From positions 1 through 64,000 of the forward strand of contig JAXGJB010000004.1 of the NCBI GenBank assembly GCA_040770465.1: a stretch of 64,000 nucleotides of DNA. Direction: 5' to 3'. The first letter of the stretch is position 1; every line of letters begins with the position of its first letter. The notes below the pieces were generated by a model. It saw nothing but the letters and a program-made list of their open reading frames with translations. It did no database searches and was not told the DNA's origin. This document shows, one piece after another, positions 1 to 9,192 of the stretch. A program made the position numbers and the translations under genes. The DNA comes from Methanothrix sp. GTDB taxonomy: Archaea > Halobacteriota > Methanosarcinia > Methanotrichales > Methanotrichaceae.

Positions 1-1
1 T

Positions 2-637
2 TTCGTATCCGTCGCCATGAGGTCCGACTTCGACCCCGGAGGAGCCGCCCTGGAGTTCGTCGACACCCTCGGCGACTTCTCCGCGGAGGTCTATCGGGGT
101 GGCGAGTGGCGGGGTGCGGGGTTCGGGGACGTCCGGAAGGTGGACTTCGGCCCGCCCCTGGGAACGAAGTCCTGCTACCCCCTGACCCTGGCGGAGATGG
201 GAGATCTGCCGGAGATGCTGGGAATCGAGGAGCTGGGGGCGTACGTCGCGGGGCTGAACTGGTTTGTCGACTACCTGGTGACGCCGCTCGCCTTCGTCCT
301 CGGCAGGGTGAAGAAGGGGCTTGGAAGGCGCGAGCTGGCGAGGCTCTTGGTTTGGGGGTCGAAGAGGTTCACCCCGCCCGGAGAGGCGGTCGCCGTGGTC
401 CTGGAGGCGGCAGGTGAGAAGGACGGCGCTGAAGTTTTTGTCAGGTTGAAGGCGAGCCACTCCGACGTCTACGAGTTCACCGCCATGCCTGTCGCCGCCT
501 ATTTGAACCAGTATCTGGACGGCTCCATCAAAAAGCCCGGCCTATCGATGATGGGCCACCTGGTGGAGCCGGAGAGGTTCTTCGGTGACCTGGAGAAGAT
601 GGGGGCGGAGGTGGAGATGACGGTCCGGCCCAGGTGA
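2..637 (+). CDS. Saccharopine dehydrogenase-like oxidoreductase, C-terminal part (5' truncated by window edge)
   Basis: Frame is open from position 2. The 'RKVDFGPPLG...Y.FTA.PVAA...KPGL..MG..VEP' C-terminus resembles saccharopine dehydrogenase-family proteins. Confidence 0.6.
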   Translation, partial: FVSVAMRSDFDPGGAALEFVDTLGDFSAEVYRGGEWRGAGFGDVRKVDFGPPLGTKSCYPLTLAEMGDLPEMLGIEELGAYVAGLNWFVDYLVTPLAFVLGRVKKGLGRRELARLLVWGSKRFTPPGEAVAVVLEAAGEKDGAEVFVRLKASHSDVYEFTAMPVAAYLNQYLDGSIKKPGLSMMGHLVEPERFFGDLEKMGAEVEMTVRPR

Positions 638-643
638 GAATAG

Positions 644-1048
644 ATGCTCATAAGAGACCTCAGAGACTGTTCACGGCTCTTTGCCATCGACGGGACCGTG
701 ATCTGCGAGCTTCTTCATCCCGGCCGGGAGGATGAGGAGCTCTTCATAGGCTACAGCCTTGCCCACGCCCGGCTCGGGCCTGGGAAGGCCTCAACCCCCC
801 ACCGGCTGAAGACCTCCTCGGAGGTCTACTTCATCCTGGAAGGTCGGGGCAGGATGAAAATCGACGGCGAATCGTGCGATGTGGGACCCGGCCAGGCGAT
901 ATACATCCCGCCGGGATCGATCCAATTCATAGAGAACGCGGGCGACGGCCCCCTCGTCTTCCTCTGCCTGGTGTACCCGCCATGGCGGGAGGAGGACGAG
1001 GAGCTGATTCAACCCGAAGATCGCCCCGGCAGCCGCCGGAAGGCCTGA
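644..1048 (+). CDS. Cupin domain protein
   Basis: Cupin motifs 'PHRLKTSSEVYFILEGRG' and 'GQAIYIPPG'. Confidence 0.85.
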   Translation: MLIRDLRDCSRLFAIDGTVICELLHPGREDEELFIGYSLAHARLGPGKASTPHRLKTSSEVYFILEGRGRMKIDGESCDVGPGQAIYIPPGSIQFIENAGDGPLVFLCLVYPPWREEDEELIQPEDRPGSRRKA

Positions 1049-1080
1049 AGCTCTTATTTTCGAAGACCTCCTGCGGATCA

Positions 1081-1437
1081 TCAAACCGACTCGTCCATCT
1101 CCATGATCCCGAAGACATTCCCCTCGGGGTCCCTGCAGCGGACGAAGCGGCCGATCCCCGGCACGGTCATGATCTCGGTGAGGACCTCGCCTCCGTTCTC
1201 GGCGACCTTGGACATCGAATCCTCCAGGCTTGAGACCTCTACGGTGTTCGTCGTCCCCTCCCCCGAGCTCTCCCGGATCTTGAGGGCACCGTCGATCCCG
1301 GGCCCATCGCCGGTGTAAGCAAGCCAGTAATCGAAGGGCTCCCAGCGCTCCAGCTTCCAGCCGAAGACCTCGGAGTAGAACCTGACTGCCCGCTTCGGGT
1401 CATCGACCGGTATCTCGAAATGGATCACTCGTGGCAT
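1081..1437 (-). CDS. VOC family (glyoxalase/bleomycin-resistance) protein
   Basis: 'VIHFEIPVDD..RAVRFYSEVFGW' and 'DPEGNVFGI'. Confidence 0.9.
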   Translation of the reverse strand: MPRVIHFEIPVDDPKRAVRFYSEVFGWKLERWEPFDYWLAYTGDGPGIDGALKIRESSGEGTTNTVEVSSLEDSMSKVAENGGEVLTEIMTVPGIGRFVRCRDPEGNVFGIMEMDESV

Positions 1438-1517
1438 AGAATATCTTCAGTTTTTGAGAAGAGATATAGATGACGATCAGAAGGCCAAAACTCCTGAAAT
1501 ACGAACGTCATTGAACG

Positions 1518-2318
1518 TCATTTTAGCTCTTCGGCCAGGATCTCGTAGAATTTCTCTTGCGCCCTCCTCTCGATCCACGGAACATGGCCGCACCGCTCCA
1601 GGAGGACGAATCTGAAGCTCTTCAGAACGGCCGAAAGAGGGCTGCTGACCCCCTCTGCGGGATGAGGGTCGTATTCTCCGTGGATCGCCACCACGGGGCA
1701 CTCGATCCGTTTTCCAAGCTCCAGGAGCTCTCCGGTCCTCCTCAACTCTGCCGCCTCCTTCCAGACGGCTTGATATGCGTCCGCCCGGAGATCGACCCGG
1801 AGATCAATGTTTGCGGTTTCGGATATCGCGGGGTCGTACGAATCGGCCTTCGAGAAGAGCGTCCCCATCCGCGCAAGGGCAGAGCTCTTATCTTCAGAAT
1901 CGGCGTCGGGGCTTTCCAGTATCCAAACGATCGACTCGACCTCCGCCCTTTCCCCTTCGCTAAGCCTGCTCGATCTCGTCTCTGCGATGCTGGCGGCGCG
2001 CCTCTCCTCGAAGGGGCCGCTTCCGACGAGGATCAGCTTTCTGACCATTTCCGGATATTCGGCGGCAAAGATGAAGCTGAGCCACGCCCCCCAGGAGAAG
2101 CCGACGAGGGTTATGGGCAGGTCGCCCGCCGTCTCGAGGGCCGTCTTCAGCTCTTCGACCTGCCCCTGAACCGAAGTCGCCGTCTGTAGGGGTTCCAGGA
2201 CTCCCCACTTCTTTGATAGCTTGCGGGCGACCGGGGCCATCTCCCCCCGAGCCCCGGGGCCTCCATGGACGACGGCAACGCCGTAGGGGGGGTTTCCGTA
2301 TCTTCTGAGATCAATCAT
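1518..2318 (-). CDS. Alpha/beta hydrolase
   Basis: 'VVHGGPG', nucleophile elbow 'GFSWG', 'HGEYD' and catalytic His in 'CGHVPW'. Confidence 0.9.
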   Translation of the reverse strand: MIDLRRYGNPPYGVAVVHGGPGARGEMAPVARKLSKKWGVLEPLQTATSVQGQVEELKTALETAGDLPITLVGFSWGAWLSFIFAAEYPEMVRKLILVGSGPFEERRAASIAETRSSRLSEGERAEVESIVWILESPDADSEDKSSALARMGTLFSKADSYDPAISETANIDLRVDLRADAYQAVWKEAAELRRTGELLELGKRIECPVVAIHGEYDPHPAEGVSSPLSAVLKSFRFVLLERCGHVPWIERRAQEKFYEILAEELK

Positions 2319-2333
2319 CAGATCCTCTAAAGT

Positions 2334-3626
2334 TCACCGCGTGCCCTCAAGATCTTCCTGTAGCCTTCTTTCGGGTCGCGTTCTTTCGAGTCGCTTTCCT
2401 ATTTCCATCGCCGCCAATAACCCCGTCGAGAAGGCGGCCTGGAGGTTGTAGCCGCCGGAATCGCCGTCTACGTCCAGGACCTCTCCGACGAAGTACAGCC
2501 CCGAGACGAGCTTCGACTCCATCGTCTTCGAGTCCACCTCCGAGAGGTCGACCCCGCCCCTGGTGACCATCGCCGAATCGAAGCCTCCGACCTCCTCGAC
2601 GATCATGGGAAAGCCGGATAGTCGGTCGGCAAGATCGATCCTCATCCGCCTCGTCATCGAGGCGCATTTGAGATCCTGTGGAATCTCCAGGATCTCCAAG
2701 ACTTTGGCCGCGAGCCTGGCGGGGATCTCAAGCTCCGCGAGGACCGACCTCAGGTTTCGGCCGCCCTCCTCCTGCGACCTGGCCAGAAGCCACCCCTCAA
2801 TCTCCTCCTTCCTCCAGGCCCCAGCAAACGATACCCTCAGGACGTCCCCAGACCGGATATCCCTGGAAAGGTCGAGGATCCCCGGCCCCGAGATCCCGTC
2901 GTGGGTGAAGAGGACGTCGCCTGTGTGCTCTTTGCCCTTCTTGCCCCTGAAGATCGAGATCCTGGAGTCGGGAAGGGAGATCCCGGCGAGGTCGGAGAAG
3001 GGGCGATCTCGGATCAGGACCGGGGCGAGGGCGGGGCCTACCTCGGCGATGGAATGGCCGAGGGCCTCTGCGAAGCTGTAGCCGTCGCCTGAGGAGCCGG
3101 TGGCTGGATACGACCGGCCGCCCGTGGCGATGACGAGGGTGCGTGACCGGTAGGTCTCATCCCCGCAGACGACGAGAAACTCATCCCCCGATCTCTCAAT
3201 CGACGTAACAGCCTTGCCGCAGGCGATCTCGACATTTCGGGCCTCGCACTCCGCAAGAAGTACGTCCAGAACGTCCCGAGCCTTCTGGGTCACGGGGAAG
3301 ACCTTCCCCCCCTCCAGCGTGATCATGGAGAGGCCTCTTTCCTCGAAGAAGGCTATAAGGTCGCGGTTCGTAAATCCCAGGATGGCTGGCCGGAGGAAGC
3401 GGCCGTGGTCGCCGTAGTGGTCGAGGAAGGATCTCGCCTCGCCGTCGTGGGTCAGGTTGCATCGCCCCGATCCCGAGATGAGGAGCTTTCGGCCGGGGGA
3501 GCTCTTCTTCTCCAGGACGAGGACCTTTCGGCCCCCGCCTGAGGCGTGGGCGGCGCAGAATAGGCCGGCTGGGCCCGCTCCGATGACGATGAGATCGAAT
3601 TCTCTCGGATTTCCATGAGGGGACAT
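2334..3626 (-). CDS. HI0933/BaiN/YhiN-family flavoprotein
   Basis: 'IGAGPAGL', 'GRKLLISGSGRCNLTH', 'ATGGRSYPATGSSGDG', 'VTRGGV', 'GGYNLQAAFSTG'. Confidence 0.92.
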   Translation of the reverse strand: MSPHGNPREFDLIVIGAGPAGLFCAAHASGGGRKVLVLEKKSSPGRKLLISGSGRCNLTHDGEARSFLDHYGDHGRFLRPAILGFTNRDLIAFFEERGLSMITLEGGKVFPVTQKARDVLDVLLAECEARNVEIACGKAVTSIERSGDEFLVVCGDETYRSRTLVIATGGRSYPATGSSGDGYSFAEALGHSIAEVGPALAPVLIRDRPFSDLAGISLPDSRISIFRGKKGKEHTGDVLFTHDGISGPGILDLSRDIRSGDVLRVSFAGAWRKEEIEGWLLARSQEEGGRNLRSVLAELEIPARLAAKVLEILEIPQDLKCASMTRRMRIDLADRLSGFPMIVEEVGGFDSAMVTRGGVDLSEVDSKTMESKLVSGLYFVGEVLDVDGDSGGYNLQAAFSTGLLAAMEIGKRLERTRPERRLQEDLEGTR

Positions 3627-3779
3627 CTGATTTGCTTTTTGTCTTAGTGGTATAAATCAGCATCAAGATCTATCCAATTCGGAGCTGCGGGATCTGAACG
3701 CCCTCCAGCCGATGGGCAACCCTTTATCCCTGATCCACCACCAAAAAGGTCTTTCAAACCGGATCAGAGAGGTAAACAG

Positions 3780-4361
3780 GTGTTCTGCGAGACGAAGACG
3801 ACCCAGATCATCGACCGCGACGGAGAAGAGCCCCCGTCCCTGAGGACGATCCTCACTTTGGAAGAGGAGATCAGAAGAAGAGCCGATCGGATCGGAGAGC
3901 TTCTCCTGATCGAGGTCGTCCGGGCCGGCCCCGACGGGATGGAGTGCGACCGGTTCGACCGCGAGGACCCACTGCCCTTCAAAATCGACCCGCCCGACGG
4001 ATCATCGCCGGGCGCCTCCTGGCATCTCACCCTCACCTACGGCGGGCCCCTCGGCGACGCCCTGGGCAGTCGGGCCCGCTGGTCCGAGACGGGCGAAGTC
4101 GCGGCCGAATGCGTCATCGACACTCTCGGCCTCGCCGAGGCCCTCGCCTCCGGCAGGCTTGCGGCCTTCTTCGAGGAGACCGCCGACTTGCTGGAGTCTG
4201 AGGTCCGGCCCCAGGGGCTCGCCACGGCGGACCGGATCGGGGAGGCGGCCTTGCTCTCAAGGGATCTGGCCGTTGATCTTCAAAGATGGCGGGGGCTTGG
4301 ACTTGGAGGGGGCCGGAAGATGGATGAAGATACGGGAGGGGATGGCGATCTGCGGAGCTGA
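3780..4361 (+). CDS. Hypothetical protein
   Basis: 193-aa ORF, GTG start after an AGAGGT RBS-like sequence, host-like codon usage, no recognised motif. Confidence 0.6.
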   Translation: MFCETKTTQIIDRDGEEPPSLRTILTLEEEIRRRADRIGELLLIEVVRAGPDGMECDRFDREDPLPFKIDPPDGSSPGASWHLTLTYGGPLGDALGSRARWSETGEVAAECVIDTLGLAEALASGRLAAFFEETADLLESEVRPQGLATADRIGEAALLSRDLAVDLQRWRGLGLGGGRKMDEDTGGDGDLRS

Positions 4362-4461
4362 GCTACCCGACTCCCTGGAAGATCTCCTTAAAGAGGGTGA
4401 GTGTGAGGAGGAGCTGAAGGAATCGAAGGAGAGGAAGAAGAAGGCGAAGAAGCAGAAGTAG
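4324..4461 (+). CDS. Possible small charged protein (45 aa)
   Basis: MKIREGMAICGAELPDSLEDLLKEGECEEELKESKERKKKAKKQK; overlaps the end of the previous ORF. Confidence 0.3.
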   Translation: MKIREGMAICGAELPDSLEDLLKEGECEEELKESKERKKKAKKQK

Positions 4462-4629
4462 GTGGCGGTGGAAGAGAAGGCGGAGAAGCGAGATGTGCTG
4501 AATTAGAAGGAGAAGAGGAAAAAGATGGTCGAGGATGGAGGACCCCCGGAAGCGGGCCCCTCGGTCGCCCCCGCCAAATAGATAGCTGAAGGCGCTTTAA
4601 CTGTTAAGTCGAAGCTCGATCCTGCCGGA

Positions 4630-4887
4630 TCACTTCCAGGAGGATGCGGAGCGGTCTTTTTTTCCCTTCCCCCAGACGGCTGCGGTCATGATGATCAATA
4701 TCATGCCCGAAAGCTCGATCAGGGGCTCCACGGCCAACTTGTTCGCATCGCTGTACACGGCGGCAAAAAGCAGCAGAACGCTGCCCGCGATGAGGGGATA
4801 CCGAAGCTGATGAGCATTGATATATCGGCTGATAAAGATCACCGGCCTTCGCTCTCGCCTCTCTGATGACGCCCTCCGAACCTTCAA
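4630..4887 (-). CDS. Small hypothetical membrane protein
   Basis: Two hydrophobic segments (LIAGSVLLLFAAVY; LSGMILIIMTAAVW). Confidence 0.5.
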   Translation of the reverse strand: MKVRRASSERRERRPVIFISRYINAHQLRYPLIAGSVLLLFAAVYSDANKLAVEPLIELSGMILIIMTAAVWGKGKKDRSASSWK

Positions 4888-4965
4888 ACGGCGTCTTTGG
4901 GAAAGGGGAAGCGAGGGGTGGATGACATTCTGCGCCTATAAAAGTTGTGGTCCAAACCCTGACTT

Positions 4966-5859
4966 TCAGATCGCGAGCATCCTCTCGATGGCGCCCCGGG
5001 CCCGGTCAGCGATCTTTTCGGGGACCACCACCCTCGGCTCCAGAGTTTCGAGGGCCGCGAGGACCTTCTCCAGGGTCGTCTTCTTCATGTCCACGCAGAC
5101 CGCCCTCTCGCTCAAGGGGTAGAACTCCTTATCCGGGTTCTCCTGCTTCAGCCGATAGTTCATCCCCACCTCGGTCCCGATGATGAACTCCCGGGCTCTG
5201 CTCTCCTTCGCGTGCCTTGCGATTCCCGAGGTGCTGTAGACACGGTCGGCGAGGTCGATCACCTCGGGCCTGCACTCGGGATGGACGAGAAGCTCGGCTC
5301 CGGGATGGAGGGCCCGAGCCCGCCGGACGTCTTCTGGGGTGTAGCGGTCGTGGACGTAACAGTAGCCGTCCCAGGTTATGATCTTCTTATCGGAAAATCG
5401 GGCGACGTACCGTCCCAGGTTTCTATCGGGGACGAAGAGGACGGTATCCTCTTCGAGGGATGCTACCACCTCGATCCCGTTGGCGGAGGTGCAGCAGATG
5501 TCGCTTTCTGCCTTGACCTCCGCTGACGAGTTGACGTAGCAGACGACGGCGGCCCCGGGATTTTCGGCCTTGAACTCCCGGATCTGCTGGCCCGTTATCA
5601 TATGGGCCATGGGGCAGCCCGCCCCGGCCTCGGGCATGATCACCCTCTTTTTGGGTGAGAGGATCGCGGCGGTCTCGGCCATGAAGTCGACGCCGCAGAA
5701 TACTATCACCTCAGCCTCCTCTTGAGCTGCCGCCCGGGATAGCTCCAGAGAGTCGCCCCGCAGGTCGGCGACGTCCTGGACCTCGCCGGGCTGGTAGTTG
5801 TGGGCGAGGATGACTGCGTTCTTCTCCTTCTTCAACCTCGAAATATCGTCAGCGAGCAT
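4966..5859 (-). CDS. nadA: Quinolinate synthase
   Basis: 'ILAHNYQ', 'FCGVDFMAETA', 'AGCPMA', 'YVNSSAEVKA', 'CYVH', 'HPEC'. Start placed at MLADDIS. Confidence 0.97.
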   Translation of the reverse strand: MLADDISRLKKEKNAVILAHNYQPGEVQDVADLRGDSLELSRAAAQEEAEVIVFCGVDFMAETAAILSPKKRVIMPEAGAGCPMAHMITGQQIREFKAENPGAAVVCYVNSSAEVKAESDICCTSANGIEVVASLEEDTVLFVPDRNLGRYVARFSDKKIITWDGYCYVHDRYTPEDVRRARALHPGAELLVHPECRPEVIDLADRVYSTSGIARHAKESRAREFIIGTEVGMNYRLKQENPDKEFYPLSERAVCVDMKKTTLEKVLAALETLEPRVVVPEKIADRARGAIERMLAI

Positions 5860-5919
5860 GATTGGAAGCCAGTGATGACGGGTTATCTTTAAAAACACAT
5901 CCCTTGTCCGCGGGAAGGA

Positions 5920-5993
5920 GACCTGCAAAAGGTGACCTGCAAAAGGTGCCTTTGCAAAGAGGCCGCAAAGAGGCCGCAAAAACGGTCGCAAAC
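5920..5993. repeat. Short tandem repeats upstream of nadA
   Basis: GACCTGCAAAAGGT x2 followed by GCAAAGAGGCC x2 and degenerate copies. Confidence 0.75.
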
Positions 5994-6000
5994 TATCGAT

Positions 6001-8064
6001 TCATTCCGGGGAGGTCTTTCTCCTCTGCCTTTCGTCCTTTCGCCGCTCAGCCCTGTACTCCTGGATCATCCCCTCAAGCCACTCTGTCTTCTGTTTCGCG
6101 TCCCGGACCTGCTTTCTATCCGCCCACCGGGCCAGCTCCCTCTCCAGATCCTCGGGATCGATTATGGGAACCCCAGAGACCCTCCTCGCCGGCACCTCCC
6201 GGCTGGAGACGACGGGAACGCCACCGTCCATCAGGTACCCCTCCACCGACGGCTCCATCTCAGTCTCGACGATGACCGCCTCGACCCCCGCATCGATGAA
6301 GAGGTCGGCGGTGTTGGGGCCGCCGCCGCTGGCGTCCAGCAGGAGGATGACGTCACCCCTGCCGATGCCGAGCCGATCCGCCGCCTCGAGGATCGCCTCC
6401 CGGGAGAAGGAGGCTACCTCCTTGACGGGTCTACCAACCGCCTCCTCCACCAGCTCTTCGGCCTTCTTCTCTCTTTTGAGCCTCGCCTTCAGTTTCCTGT
6501 TTACCTTCCTCTCCTGCCGGAGGAGGCCCCGGAGCCTCGCGATCTCCTTCTCTCTGATCCGGATCTCCTGGTCCCTTTTGATCTCCCGGCGGGACTTGTC
6601 CATCAGCCTCTCGATCTTCCCCTCCAGACGGCGGCGGGTCGCTTCGCCCGCGGCGATCTGACCTTTCAGCTCCTCATTGTACTCCTTCAGCCGCCGGATC
6701 TGATCTTGCTTTCGCCTGCTCTCCGCCACCAGTGATGCGAGGTCCGAGTCCGCCGCGACCGCCGCCCCGACCGCTCTTTGTCCCGCCGTCTCCTGGGGCG
6801 GCGGCTCCGTCATCCCCGATATCGCCTGGTCTATGGATAGACCCCTCACCACCAGGGCCTTAACCTCCTCGGGGTCGAGGTCGGGGGGGCACTTCTTCTC
6901 GACCTGCTGGAACTTGTTCTTGAACCGCTTATAGGCCCCGACCGCCGCCGCCAGGGCGTCGCGCTCGTGATCGTTTCTGTAGCCGTACTCCCTGGCGAGG
7001 GCGATCTTCTCCTCCGAGGGCATGTCGCTTCCCGGCGAGGAGAGGACGGCGGAGAATGACCGCTTCACCTTCTCGACGGCTCCGGGCGTAGGAAAGACGT
7101 CGGCGGCCACCACCAGGGTCTTTCCCCGGGCCGCCAGCCACTCGATGACGTCCGGGGGGGACATCGCTCTCGCGCTGACGAGGTCGACTAGCTCCCCCCT
7201 CAGGTTGAGGGCGGCGATCCCCGTGGTGGTTCCGGGATCGATCCCGGCGATTATGTAGCCCCGCTTCGGCCGGAGCGGCTCGAACTTGAGCCTCGGCCGC
7301 TCCACCCCCTCCACCCTGATCTGGGCGTCGCCTCGATAGCCGGAATGGAGGTGGACCTCGCTTCTTGGAGCCTCCACCACGAACTCGCTTCTGATGTAGC
7401 CGCCTATCCCCTCCACCGACCGGCAGGTGTACTGGTGGCCCTCCTCCCGGAGCCTCTCCTCCACCTCCCTTGAGAGGGACTTCACCGACCCGTGGATCTT
7501 TCGGGTGTACCTTTTTTGGCTCCAGCCGCCCCGTCCCGGAGACCTTCGGCGGCTGACCTTGATCCAGGTCCGGTCCTCGAAGGCAGAGACGGCACTTCCG
7601 ACGCCCCGGGAGGCGAGGCGGGCGCAGGTCTCGGCCTCGTCCATGGGATTGAGCCGGTCGAAGCTGATCCCGTGCCATCGGGCGATCTTGGCCAGGGCTT
7701 CGGGCCTCTCCCCTCCCGTCACCTGGACAAACATCGTTTTTGGCGGCATCTGTCTCAGAAGCCCCACCAGATCGCCCTTGCTCGCGGCAAGCTCGTGGAC
7801 GTTGTCGGTCGCCACAATCTCCGGCACCGTCTGCCTGATCATCCTGATCAGCTTCTGCCTTGTCACCATGGTGTGGCGCTCTTCCCTCTCGCCATCGAGG
7901 ATGAAGAGGGCGTAGCTTGGCGCCTGCTTGCTTTTTGGGGACCCGCTGGCGATATCGACTCCGAAGATCGGCCCTGGGATGGGATCACCTCCGGGCGGAC
8001 TCCTCTCCGGTTTTGATCTCCGAATCGAGTTCGCGTTCGCCGTCTGGTCCAATTTGGCTCTCAA
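6001..8064 (-). CDS. DUF460 domain protein (RNase H-like domains plus coiled coil)
   Basis: 'IFGVDI', 'RSPGRGGWSQ.RY.R', 'IAGIDPGTTTGIAAL', 'NDHERDALAAA' and a long coiled coil. The true start may be downstream. Confidence 0.88.
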   Translation of the reverse strand: MRAKLDQTANANSIRRSKPERSPPGGDPIPGPIFGVDIASGSPKSKQAPSYALFILDGEREERHTMVTRQKLIRMIRQTVPEIVATDNVHELAASKGDLVGLLRQMPPKTMFVQVTGGERPEALAKIARWHGISFDRLNPMDEAETCARLASRGVGSAVSAFEDRTWIKVSRRRSPGRGGWSQKRYTRKIHGSVKSLSREVEERLREEGHQYTCRSVEGIGGYIRSEFVVEAPRSEVHLHSGYRGDAQIRVEGVERPRLKFEPLRPKRGYIIAGIDPGTTTGIAALNLRGELVDLVSARAMSPPDVIEWLAARGKTLVVAADVFPTPGAVEKVKRSFSAVLSSPGSDMPSEEKIALAREYGYRNDHERDALAAAVGAYKRFKNKFQQVEKKCPPDLDPEEVKALVVRGLSIDQAISGMTEPPPQETAGQRAVGAAVAADSDLASLVAESRRKQDQIRRLKEYNEELKGQIAAGEATRRRLEGKIERLMDKSRREIKRDQEIRIREKEIARLRGLLRQERKVNRKLKARLKREKKAEELVEEAVGRPVKEVASFSREAILEAADRLGIGRGDVILLLDASGGGPNTADLFIDAGVEAVIVETEMEPSVEGYLMDGGVPVVSSREVPARRVSGVPIIDPEDLERELARWADRKQVRDAKQKTEWLEGMIQEYRAERRKDERQRRKTSPE

Positions 8065-8102
8065 TCTCGGGTTCGCCGTCCTGTTCGATCTTCGGGTCTA
8101 TT

Positions 8103-9092
8103 TCACATTCCCCCGTCCTCTCCGACCTCTCGCCCCGTCCTTCGGCCGCCCATCTCCGCCCCATTCCCCGTCCCCACGACGAAGGCGAGGGCGTCTTCAA
8201 TTTCGAGATCGAGGCGGTACTTCCTCGCGAAGTGGTCGACGACGTTCTTCAGATCCCGTTCGAGGAGCTCTGCCGCTCGGGGGTCGGTCCGGGATACGGC
8301 CTGGGGCCAGTCGATGAGGACGATCTCTCCGTTCTCCTGGACCAGGACGTTGTAGGCGCTGAGGTCGGCGTGGACGATCCCCTTTTTCCAGGCTCTTGCC
8401 ACCTCTTCCAGGACGATATCAAAGCATTCTTTTGGGTTTTCGAGATCCAGCCGATATAGCTCCCTCCCCCCGGTGTGCTCCATCACCACGGCGTGGTGGC
8501 TGAGGGCGACGGGCCGGGGGACCGAGACCTCGGGATAGAGCCTCTTCAGGGTCTTCATCTCCTTCGCGGCCCCGAGCCTTGCGGCATGGATCCAGGCGCA
8601 CCGGGGCATATCCATCAGGTGGTCTCTCGTCCTTCGAACGTGCTTGAAGCTCGTCCTCCCCTGGCGGTGGAACTTGACCGCGAGAGGGAGGGGGCCCGTC
8701 TCCTCGGAATCCGCCAACCCTCCGCCTTCATCCGGTCCAGGGGTGGCAGGGACGCGGCCCAGGGCTTCATAGACCACCGACTCCTTGCCGACTCCGAGAA
8801 GGTCTCCCAGGGATGCCACCACGTCCCGGTCGACGAGGTCGGACAATGCGACCAGGTCGTAGGCTGCAAAGCCGATCTGGTAGCCCTCGTAGGGCTCGAA
8901 GGTCTTGAAGACCAGTTTTTTATCGACGAGCTTCGAAAGCCCCGAGATGGCGCCCTTTGGGGAGAGGCGGGCTTTAGCCGTAAGGTTCTCGACTGCGACC
9001 CACTCAGAGTAGCGCATCCCCCTCTCGATGGCCTTGAGGAGGGCGATCTCTTTTCGGTCCAGCCTCAGAAAAGCATCTGCCAGGTTATCCAC
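8103..9092 (-). CDS. rio2: RIO2 atypical Ser/Thr kinase
   Basis: N-terminal wHTH, 'GVGKESVVY', 'KFHRQGRTSF', 'HADLSAYNV', 'IDWPQ'. Confidence 0.95.
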   Translation of the reverse strand: MDNLADAFLRLDRKEIALLKAIERGMRYSEWVAVENLTAKARLSPKGAISGLSKLVDKKLVFKTFEPYEGYQIGFAAYDLVALSDLVDRDVVASLGDLLGVGKESVVYEALGRVPATPGPDEGGGLADSEETGPLPLAVKFHRQGRTSFKHVRRTRDHLMDMPRCAWIHAARLGAAKEMKTLKRLYPEVSVPRPVALSHHAVVMEHTGGRELYRLDLENPKECFDIVLEEVARAWKKGIVHADLSAYNVLVQENGEIVLIDWPQAVSRTDPRAAELLERDLKNVVDHFARKYRLDLEIEDALAFVVGTGNGAEMGGRRTGREVGEDGGM

Positions 9093-9192
9093 GGGCAGTT
9101 ATTTGTCAGTTATAATAGAAATTGATTGCCCCATCCGAACGGGCCCAGCATCCCCCGCCGGGCCCATTCAGATTCGCTCATATCCGACGTCT

